From: a bacterium
GTDB taxonomy: Bacteria; Bacteroidota; Ignavibacteria; UBA10030
Direction: 5' to 3'
Assembly (NCBI GenBank): GCA_043803945.1
Contig: JAZDJN010000036.1
Location: 1 to 15,520 of the forward strand
DNA length: 15,520 nucleotides
The notes under the pieces: model-generated
What the model was told of the DNA's origin: nothing
Database searches by the model: none
The model's input: only the letters and a program-made list of their open reading frames with translations
Made by a program: the position numbers and the translations under genes
In this document: positions 1 to 7,490 of the stretch, piece after piece
Numbering within the stretch: position 1 is the first letter of the stretch
Layout of the letters: the number at the start of each line of letters is the position of its first letter

Positions 1-192
1 ACGTGTTAGTCGCCATTGTGAAAAAAGAACTCGGACTCAAACAATCACTCTACACAATTCTACAGATTTTAAGCATAACTCTTTTTCAGAAAGACCCTTT
101 GTATCAAGCACTTACACCAATTGATCTACAAATTCATAACCCTTGCCCTGCTAACCAGTTGAATTTATTCAACTTTTAACCGGACAGTAGTG
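1..192 (+). mobile_element. 3' part and right end of an IS4-family insertion sequence (left part outside the window)
   Basis: The transposase-like C-terminus ends at 179 and is followed directly by ccggacagtagtg (180-192). This reads CACTACTGTCCGG from the outside in, with the 5'-CA terminus typical of IS4-family elements. The sequence switches abruptly to the octamer array at 193. Confidence 0.8.
3..179 (+). CDS. IS4-family (DUF4372-type) DDE transposase, C-terminal fragment
   Basis: Not in the ORF track. My translation from position 3 is VLVAIVKKELGLKQSLYTILQILSITLFQKDPLYQALTPIDLQIHNPCPANQLNLFNF*. It matches the recognisable C-terminus of these transposases (LVAIxKK...SLYxILQILSxTLF...NQLxLF). 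Confidence 0.85.
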   Translation: MLVAIVKKELGLKQSLYTILQILSITLFQKDPLYQALTPIDLQIHNPCPANQLNLFNF

Positions 193-328
193 CACTGAGT
201 CACTGAGGCACTGAGAGTCTTTCTCCGTGTCTCCGTGGTTTTTTTTACCACTGAGACACTGAGGCATTGAGAGTCTTTCTCCGTGTCTCTGTGTCTCTGT
301 GGTTTTTTTTACCACTGAGGCACTGAGA
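193..328. repeat. Tandem array of imperfect hairpins (REP-like) built from octamer repeats
   Basis: Unit = ac(cactgagN)2-3 + gtctt + (tctcYgtg)2-3 + g + T8. Unit 1 is 193-246, unit 2 is 247-310, and the left arm of unit 3 is 311-328. Left and right arms are reverse complements with one regular mismatch per octamer. Confidence 0.95.
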
Positions 329-331
329 GTA

Positions 332-706
332 TCACAAAACCATTCGTCGTATTCCTTCTTTTAGTACCGGCACATAGAAATTCAAGATAAAGCCAACCTT
401 AATACCTGATAATTTCAAATACGTCAACAACTGTGCTTCATGTACCGGCGCGATTGCATCAACGCACTTCAGTTCGATGACGACACGATGATCGACGACA
501 ATATCCATCCGATAACCGCATTCAAGCTTCACACCCTTATATTCAACCGGAAGAGGCCGTTGTCTCTCGAACGGGATTTGCTGCAGCTCCAGTTCGCGAC
601 AGAGACATTCTTCATAAACACTTTCCAGCAATCCCGGACCCAACGATCGATGAACTTCAATAGCCGCTGCCAGAATTTTATCTGTTAATTCCTTTTCGTA
701 TAACAT
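332..706 (-). CDS. GxxExxY protein (predicted PD-(D/E)XK nuclease fold), 124 aa
   Basis: Family motif GLLESVY, plus RMDIVV...IELK (D...ExK) and [10 protein letters not shown]-rich RBS (aggggggaaag) precedes the ATG. Confidence 0.95.
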   Translation of the reverse strand: MLYEKELTDKILAAAIEVHRSLGPGLLESVYEECLCRELELQQIPFERQRPLPVEYKGVKLECGYRMDIVVDHRVVIELKCVDAIAPVHEAQLLTYLKLSGIKVGFILNFYVPVLKEGIRRMVL

Positions 707-727
707 CTTTCCCCCCTATTTTTCTTT

Positions 728-772
728 TCTCCGTGTCTTCGTGTCTCCGTGGTTTTTTTAACCACTGAGTCA
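728..772. repeat. Right arm of hairpin unit 3, T-tract, and short left arm of a fourth unit
   Basis: tctccgtg-tcttcgtg-tctccgtg-g-T7 (728-759), then accactgagtca (761-772), which overlaps the stop codon of the response regulator. Confidence 0.92.
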
Positions 773-1399
773 TTCAATTAAACCGTTTCTTATAGCATAC
801 AGCGTCAGATCCGCATTCTTCCGCATTCCCATTTTTTCGAGGATGCGCGCACGATAGGTACTGACAGTTTTACCGCTGAGAAAAATCTCATGGGCAATTT
901 CCGTCACAGATTTTCCTTTTGCAAGCAGACACATGATCTGGAATTCCCGTTCTGAAAGTTTCTCGTGCGGTGTTCTATCAAGGTCTTTCTTGTCGCTAAA
1001 GAGATATTTTTCTGCAAGATCGGCGGAAATATATCTGCCGCCGGCAGAAATTTTCCTGATTGCAGATGCCAATTCTTCATACGCACTGTCTTTCGATAGG
1101 TACCCCGATGCACCCAAGCGCAACGCACGAGCTGCATATTGTGTTTGCGGGAAGATGCTGAGAACAAGAACGTGTGTCTTAATATTTTTTCTCTTCAGCG
1201 TTTGGAGGATATCAAGCCCGCTTAATCCCGGCATCGAGATATCGAGTATCACCAAGTCGTATCCGGATGATTCAATTTTCTCCAGAGCTTCCTGGCCGTC
1301 ACTGGCTGTTTCGACGACCGAGACCTCATCGAGCCTGTTGACAATGTCTTTTAAGCCTTCCCGTACAACTAAATGATCGTCGGCAATGAGTACTTTCAT
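770..1399 (-). CDS. NarL/UvrY-family DNA-binding response regulator (REC + LuxR HTH), 209 aa
   Basis: ADDH acidic pocket, LDISMPG phosphoacceptor, VLS, GYLSK, and the C-terminal LSEREFQI...KTVSTYRARILEKMG HTH. The start overlaps the kinase stop (TAATG, 1397-1401). Confidence 0.96.
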   Translation of the reverse strand: MKVLIADDHLVVREGLKDIVNRLDEVSVVETASDGQEALEKIESSGYDLVILDISMPGLSGLDILQTLKRKNIKTHVLVLSIFPQTQYAARALRLGASGYLSKDSAYEELASAIRKISAGGRYISADLAEKYLFSDKKDLDRTPHEKLSEREFQIMCLLAKGKSVTEIAHEIFLSGKTVSTYRARILEKMGMRKNADLTLYAIRNGLIE

Positions 1400-4300
1400 T
1401 ATTCCCTCTCTAAAGGGATAATGACTGTTACTTCTGTACCCTGAGGTTGAAGGGAAGTTATTTCTACTCTTCCGTTAAATTTTCTTGTTCGTTCACGCAT
1501 TCCGATGATCCCGAGCGATTTATTCGAGTTGATTTTATGCTCATCGATACCGATACCATTATCAATGATTTCGAGGATAAGATCGTTCTTCCTTTGATGA
1601 AGCTTGACTTCGACAATCGTGGCGTTTGCATGACGCACAACGTTCGTCAATGCCTCCTGTGTCACTCGAAAGAGGGTGAGGTTGATCTGCATATTGTGAG
1701 ATTGGATTTCTTCAAGATCTGAGTCGCATCGGATACCGGTTCGTTTTTCGAATTCTTCACAATACCATTCAATTGCAGGGATTAATCCTAAATCTTCTAA
1801 TATATCCGGACGGAGCTCGGAAGCGATTTTCTGAACATCTCGAATGGTGTTGTTCACGATATCGATCATTCGAGCCAATTTCGTTTCAATCTCACCCGTC
1901 AGGGAAACGTTGTCATGCAGCCAGTTCATATCGATCTTTAATGCGGTTAACGATTGACCCAGCTCATCATGAATTTCTCTCGAAATTCTTGCCCGATCGT
2001 TCTCTAACGCTTCGACGAGATGCTGGCTGAATTGTTCTAGTTGTGCCTTGGATTGTCTGAGCAGATCCTCTGCCTGCTTGCGTTCGGTGATGTCCCGGGC
2101 AGTCGTGTGCAAGTAGTTCTCTCCCGCAATCGACACACATTTGTTGTTGAACTCTGTGTATACTTTCACGCCATCAGGCCGCAGGATCTTTGCCTCGCTC
2201 AGGATCTGTTCTCCACCCCAGATTCGCTGATGATATGTCGTGTACACATCCAAATCGGGCTGATCGTAAAGATCGGGAATTCGCATTCCGAGTAACTGCT
2301 GATGCGAGTATCCTGTGAGAGCACATGCTGCACTGTTAACCGCAACAAATCGAGAATCTTGATCTGAAATGAACACGGCATCGCGTGAGCCTTCAAAGAT
2401 TGCCTCTTGCCATGCGAGAGCTTGTTTGAGGTTATCATCCGTACGTATGCGCTCGGTGATGTCGATCGAAACCGTGGAAAGTTGCTCCACCTCGCCGCTC
2501 GGCGACTTGTTGGCCAAAAGGGTCATCAAAACCGGAGTCTCACGGCCGTTCCGGTCCAGGAAAGCGGATCTGCCTGTCCACATACCGACGTTGATGGCAG
2601 TGGGGATAATCTCGTCGCGTAACAGCTTGTACGCCCACTCTGGATGAACATCGGCTATCTTGAGTTGGGACACGTCCTCCTGAGCCTGGACGCCGACCAT
2701 CTTCCGTCCGGCAGGATTGATGTAGAGGATGTGGGTATCCTTGGCATCAGCGAAACCCACGAAACCGGGCGTCGCGTCAAGTAGGGCTACCAGGAACACC
2801 CGGGTTTGCTCTGCCCGCTTCCGTTCGGTGATGTCGCGGGCAGTTGTAAACAACAAGACCTTTCCCGCTACCAGTACTCTACGGATAGTGGTTTCGAGAA
2901 ACACATAAGTACCGGATATAGTCCTATACCTATATTCCACATTTGTAAAAGCGGACGTGTCTCTTTCCATTGTATGAAATGCGTCGAGGAACAGGGCGCG
3001 GTCCTCAGAATGAATCTTCTCAAAGGGATCACCCAGTGTTTCTGGTGTGTATCCCAGTGTATTCTGCCATGCTGGGTTAGCCCATAGGATCTTTCCACTT
3101 TCGTTGGCAACTGTCAACAAGTCGTGCGAATGTTCAAACATTTTTCGGAAACGCTCCTGGCTCTCGCGCAGAGCCTCCTCCGCCCGCTTGCGATCGGTGA
3201 TGTTTTCCACGACACTAAGAATCCGTGGAATCTTACCATCTTGTGCATATAAAGGCACAGTGCGGAAAAGCTGGTGCTGGCTATTGAAAAAGAGCTCGAA
3301 TGATTGCCCTTGACCTTCGAACGTTTTCAAATAGTGTTCGCGTATAACGGGCGTTTGGTCGCCAAAGATCTGTTCGAGCTTCATGCCAACGAATTCATAC
3401 GGATTCAGATTCTGTTTCTTGAATTCCTGCCCCGCAGTAAAACTGATTGTCAGGTCTTTTTCAATGATGGAGAGATAGGAATTCGGATAGTTCTCAGCAA
3501 TTGTGCGCAAAAGCGCTTCGCTCTCTTGCAGCGCTGCTTCCGCGAGCTTACGCTCGGTGACGTCGCGGATATTCATAACAAAGCCGTCAACCGCCGGATT
3601 ATCAAAAAGATTATTGCCGAGACCTTCAAGAACACGCTCCGAGCCATCCTTATGACGCATGCGAAATGAGTTGGGAATAACAGTATCCTTTATGAGAATT
3701 GCTTTACCAAAATCAGCAATAGCGCGCGGGAGGTCGATTGGTTGAATAAAGCTACCCACGCTTTTACCAATCAGTTCCTCTTGTGTATACCCAAGATAAC
3801 GCTCAATAGAAGGACTTACATATTTTATAATCGCTTTCTTATTCACAATAATAATAATGTCCAAGGTATTCTCAGTGACTGCTTTAAAATATTCTTCGCT
3901 TCTCTTGATTGCCTCCTCCGCCTTTTTGCGCGCGGTAATGTCGCGGACAACAACCTGCGTGGCCGCCTTGCCTTGATAAGTGATGGGAATTCCGGCGACC
4001 TCTACATCAATCGTCGTTCCGTCAAACTTGATAAACTTTTCTTCAGCGAGCGGTGCGTTTTCCCCTTCTTCCGTTTGCCCGACGCGCTGAACGATGCTGT
4101 CTCGATAAGCTGGATGGACAACGTCGAGAATCGGCTTCCCAACCAGTTCTTGGGGGTCATTTGCGCCTATGAGTTTCACACTAGCCGGGTTTACGTAAAC
4201 GAATTTGCCCTGTTGATGGACCACAATTGCATCGGGAGACATTTCGACCAAATTGCGATACCGCTCCTCACTCTCGCGCAGCGCCTCCTCTATCTGCTTG

Positions 4301-7164
4301 CGCTCGGTGTCATCGAATAAATAGCCTTGGAGCTCGACCAGTTCGCCTCTCTCATCGAACACACCGCGAACATTCTCGATGATATGCACATCGGTGCCGT
4401 CGTGTCGCTTCAACCACGCTTCCTGAAATTCCAGGAATCCGTTTTCTCGGACCGATTGAAGGAATAATGAACGCGCGCCCGGGCTCGGGTACAGCTCATG
4501 CGTATTAGTTGCGAGCGCATCGTCAACGGACTTGAACCGGAAGACGTGAGCAAAGGCAGCGTTGCAGGCGATCAGCTTTCCTGCTGGAGTTGAAATATAG
4601 TCGCCCGCTAGATCTCCCTCGAAGAGTCTGCGATATCGCTCCTCCGATGCACGCAACATATCCTCAGCGCGCTTGTTCTCCAATTCGGCGAGCTTGCGCT
4701 CGGTGATATCGTGGATGAACATGCTCGTTCTTTCGTTTCCGCGAGAATCCTTGAAAACCTTTGTGGATACCATACCGGGGAAGATCGTGCCGTCTTTTCT
4801 GAGTAAGTTTATTTCACCGTTGAATTGCCCTGTTCTGCTTCTCACTTCAAGAGCCGCTTGCAGGCGCGGGTCGTTTGTATCTACAATTCCTCCTCTGCCA
4901 AGTTTTATGATTTCACTTTCGCTCCTTCCGAAAATCCGGCATGCTTCTGGATTAGCGGAATAAATCGTACCATCCGGTTTTGTGAACAAGATTGCTACTC
5001 CACTGTTTTCAAAAAGCAGACGATAACGCTCTTCACTCTCCCGCAACGCTCCTTCTGCCAGCTTTCTTTCGGTGATATCCTGAAGAACACCCAATGAACC
5101 GATTGATTTGCCCTGTTCATTCAAAATTTGTACCGCTGAATCGTTGATCCAGCGTATCTCTCCATTCCTGGTTCTAATCCGAATATCGGCAAGCCATTTC
5201 TTGATTGTACCGGCTCCTGCAAGCTTTCCTGCTTCCTCAAAGCTTATTCCGGTTGCATCTCCAAGCATTTCTGCATCCAACCGGATCTCGTTCCATAGCG
5301 AAGGAACAAATTCTTCAGCAGCGTATCCGGTAAATTGCAGAATACCTTCCCCTATGAATGAATATCTCTCTTGATCATCGTATCGGAGATACGGAACTGC
5401 TTTTACCTGGATTAGAGCGCTTCGATACCGGTCATGCAATTCGATTATTTCTCTTTGACCTCTTTTGCGTTTGGTAATGTCGCGCACGATGGCAGACATC
5501 GCTGCTGGCTGTCCGGCATTATCGCGGACGAGAGACACGCGCAACTCTACCGGGAAGACACTGCCGTCTTTGCGGCGGTATTCCTTCTCATAAACACCGG
5601 AAAAGCCTTGAGTCAAAATCTGCTCCTGGAGAATGCTCGCCTCGAAAGCGTGCCACTTTTGCGGCGTGATATCCAGATAGGTCAACTGGCGTATTTCGGA
5701 CTCTGAATAGCCCAGCATCTCTCGATAGGTCTGGTTGCATTCCAGAATGTGCCCGGCCATGTCCACCAACACGAATGCGTCGGTCATGGTTTCGTAGAGC
5801 CGGCGGTATTTCAATTCGGATTGTTGTAGCGCCTCCTCAATCCGCTTGCGCTCGGTGATGTCTGCGGCGATCCCCACCAGTCCGAGCGGCTGTCCCTTCT
5901 CATTGCGGACAACGGAGGTAGAAAGACTGATCGGAAATTCAGTTCCGTCTTTTTTTCGGTTGACAAGCTCACCTTGCCAACCGTTTTGAAGCGTTGCACT
6001 TAGAATTTTATCAGTCGCCGGTTCAGTGGTCGGTGAACGGACAATAGCAATAGGCTTACCGATAAGCTCATCTGCAGCGTAACCATACGTTCTCAAGAAG
6101 GCGTCATTAACAAAGAGAATCTTGTTTTCCGCATCGGTGATACTAACACATTCACCAATACTCCGAAGTGCGTGCGCAACGATGGCAATCGACTCCTCCG
6201 CACGTTTGCGGTCGGTGATATCGGCCATAAGGGCCAAGGTATGGACGACATTGTCGGCGGTTGTTAATGTGGAAGTAGAAATTGATAATATTTTCTTTTG
6301 GCCGTCTTTACGCGTTATCTCCCATTCTTCGGTGACAAGATTATCTCCTTTGCGCATCATGCTCATGCGCTCTTTTGCCTTTTCCTGAAGCTTTGGATCT
6401 GGGTACATGCTCTGATACCATCCCTGATGGTTGATCTCCTCCATTGTGTAGCCGGTAATCTCATCCATGCGACTGTTCCATACCGTAAATCCAACATAAG
6501 GATAGTCGGCAATTTCATGACACACAGCTATCCCTTCAGCGGTGTTATCAATGACGGAATTACGGAATGAAGCTGCATCTTTTAACTTCTGCTCCACCCG
6601 CTTGCCTGCCTGTTCGGCAGACAGGCGCTCGGTGATGTCAACCACTGCAATGTTGCACTCTTGCTCTTCACTGCCAGGCGTTGCCTCAATGTGTACAAAA
6701 CGCTGTTTATTCCCTCCATGGAGCGAAGTCTCGCAATTTAATTCTGTTTTGCTTTCAAATACTTTCTGCAGGAATTCATTGAAGGCCGGGCGCGAGTTTT
6801 CAGAAACGAAAAATCCGAAACGACGTTTCAATAATTTTGAGCATTCGAGGCCGAGCAGAAGAGCGCCTGTGAGGTTTGCCTTACAGATCGTACCATCGCG
6901 TTTAAGGGTTAGATAACCCGTCGGAGCAAAATTGTAGAAGTCGATGTATTGCTTCAGTTCCTGTTCTACCTCTTCCCTCGATTGCTGTAGTTCCTCCTTC
7001 ATCATCTCCAGCTCGATTTGATGAATCTGTAGTTCTTGCACCAGCCGAAGTAATTCTTCTTTCGTTCCCGGGAGGGTTTTTTCCTTCGAAATCTTCTTCA
7101 ACCGTTTCTCTGCCTTGCGGCGAAGCTCTGTGGTATCCATGAAGGTGGTGTTTTTCTTTTTCAT
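1399..7164 (-). CDS. Soluble multi-PAS sensor histidine kinase (13 PAS/PAC modules, HisKA_3, HATPase_c), about 1921 aa
   Basis: 13 modules each end in a D(I/V)TxRK-type motif. N-terminal coiled coil ELQIHQIELEM. H-box RISREIHDELGQ, N-box QEALTNVVRHA, DNGIG and LGIIGMRER. No transmembrane segment is apparent. I prefer ATG 7164 (GAAGGA upstream) over the TTG at 7200. Confidence 0.95.
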   Translation of the reverse strand: MKKKNTTFMDTTELRRKAEKRLKKISKEKTLPGTKEELLRLVQELQIHQIELEMMKEELQQSREEVEQELKQYIDFYNFAPTGYLTLKRDGTICKANLTGALLLGLECSKLLKRRFGFFVSENSRPAFNEFLQKVFESKTELNCETSLHGGNKQRFVHIEATPGSEEQECNIAVVDITERLSAEQAGKRVEQKLKDAASFRNSVIDNTAEGIAVCHEIADYPYVGFTVWNSRMDEITGYTMEEINHQGWYQSMYPDPKLQEKAKERMSMMRKGDNLVTEEWEITRKDGQKKILSISTSTLTTADNVVHTLALMADITDRKRAEESIAIVAHALRSIGECVSITDAENKILFVNDAFLRTYGYAADELIGKPIAIVRSPTTEPATDKILSATLQNGWQGELVNRKKDGTEFPISLSTSVVRNEKGQPLGLVGIAADITERKRIEEALQQSELKYRRLYETMTDAFVLVDMAGHILECNQTYREMLGYSESEIRQLTYLDITPQKWHAFEASILQEQILTQGFSGVYEKEYRRKDGSVFPVELRVSLVRDNAGQPAAMSAIVRDITKRKRGQREIIELHDRYRSALIQVKAVPYLRYDDQERYSFIGEGILQFTGYAAEEFVPSLWNEIRLDAEMLGDATGISFEEAGKLAGAGTIKKWLADIRIRTRNGEIRWINDSAVQILNEQGKSIGSLGVLQDITERKLAEGALRESEERYRLLFENSGVAILFTKPDGTIYSANPEACRIFGRSESEIIKLGRGGIVDTNDPRLQAALEVRSRTGQFNGEINLLRKDGTIFPGMVSTKVFKDSRGNERTSMFIHDITERKLAELENKRAEDMLRASEERYRRLFEGDLAGDYISTPAGKLIACNAAFAHVFRFKSVDDALATNTHELYPSPGARSLFLQSVRENGFLEFQEAWLKRHDGTDVHIIENVRGVFDERGELVELQGYLFDDTERKQIEEALRESEERYRNLVEMSPDAIVVHQQGKFVYVNPASVKLIGANDPQELVGKPILDVVHPAYRDSIVQRVGQTEEGENAPLAEEKFIKFDGTTIDVEVAGIPITYQGKAATQVVVRDITARKKAEEAIKRSEEYFKAVTENTLDIIIIVNKKAIIKYVSPSIERYLGYTQEELIGKSVGSFIQPIDLPRAIADFGKAILIKDTVIPNSFRMRHKDGSERVLEGLGNNLFDNPAVDGFVMNIRDVTERKLAEAALQESEALLRTIAENYPNSYLSIIEKDLTISFTAGQEFKKQNLNPYEFVGMKLEQIFGDQTPVIREHYLKTFEGQGQSFELFFNSQHQLFRTVPLYAQDGKIPRILSVVENITDRKRAEEALRESQERFRKMFEHSHDLLTVANESGKILWANPAWQNTLGYTPETLGDPFEKIHSEDRALFLDAFHTMERDTSAFTNVEYRYRTISGTYVFLETTIRRVLVAGKVLLFTTARDITERKRAEQTRVFLVALLDATPGFVGFADAKDTHILYINPAGRKMVGVQAQEDVSQLKIADVHPEWAYKLLRDEIIPTAINVGMWTGRSAFLDRNGRETPVLMTLLANKSPSGEVEQLSTVSIDITERIRTDDNLKQALAWQEAIFEGSRDAVFISDQDSRFVAVNSAACALTGYSHQQLLGMRIPDLYDQPDLDVYTTYHQRIWGGEQILSEAKILRPDGVKVYTEFNNKCVSIAGENYLHTTARDITERKQAEDLLRQSKAQLEQFSQHLVEALENDRARISREIHDELGQSLTALKIDMNWLHDNVSLTGEIETKLARMIDIVNNTIRDVQKIASELRPDILEDLGLIPAIEWYCEEFEKRTGIRCDSDLEEIQSHNMQINLTLFRVTQEALTNVVRHANATIVEVKLHQRKNDLILEIIDNGIGIDEHKINSNKSLGIIGMRERTRKFNGRVEITSLQPQGTEVTVIIPLERE

Positions 7165-7174
7165 AATTCGTTTT

Positions 7175-7194
7175 CCTTCGTGTACCTTCGTGGT
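7175..7194. repeat. Single arm related to the GxxExxY-associated repeats
   Basis: ccttcgtgta-ccttcgtggt has the same cttcgtg core as 737-743, the same gtggt end and the same orientation as the right arms. Its period is 10 instead of 8. Confidence 0.5.
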
Positions 7195-7250
7195 ATTCAA
7201 CCTCGTTTTCGGTGCTATAAAGAGAAGGAGCTAAGTCATAACAGCCCTGG

Positions 7251-7294
7251 CTATAAATCTACTACTATAAATATAACTACGTAGTATGGTAGAT
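7251..7294. promoter_or_regulatory. Dyad cluster in the divergent intergenic region, possible regulator site
   Basis: Perfect palindrome actacgtagt (7276-7285), outer inverted pair atctac/gtagat (7257-7262 and 7289-7294), and direct repeat ctataaat (7251, 7265). Confidence 0.35.
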
Positions 7295-7432
7295 ACAACC
7301 AGTCGCAAATAATCCCAAAGTATTATTCTTTCCAGACTTTTTCTCTCTGCCTTTAATAAGGCTTAGTGTAGAAGTTACAAACTCCCTCAATGACCATCCT
7401 GTCATTTGTACAGAAGAATACAACGAAGTTTC

Positions 7433-7448
7433 TGGCACTATTCTGGAA
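7433..7448 (+). promoter_or_regulatory. Weak sigma54-like promoter
   Basis: TGGCACTATTCTGGAA has a good -24 element, but the -12 position is GA rather than GC. It lies 42 bp before ATG 7491. Confidence 0.3.
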
Positions 7449-7490
7449 GCAAGCCTTGTAACTAAACTTTACCCTGATACTGGAGAATAT

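Noticed and set aside
193-328. CRISPR array
   Set aside because: There are no unique spacers, the units are made of internal octamer repeats, and no cas genes are present.
440-6916. Many plus-strand and alternate-frame ORFs over the GxxExxY, regulator and kinase genes
   Set aside because: They are shadows of well-supported minus-strand genes and have no recognisable motifs.
7165-7200. N-terminal extension MNTTKVHEGKRI of the kinase
   Set aside because: TTG start. The segment is the translation of the repeat arm and of the RBS for ATG 7164.
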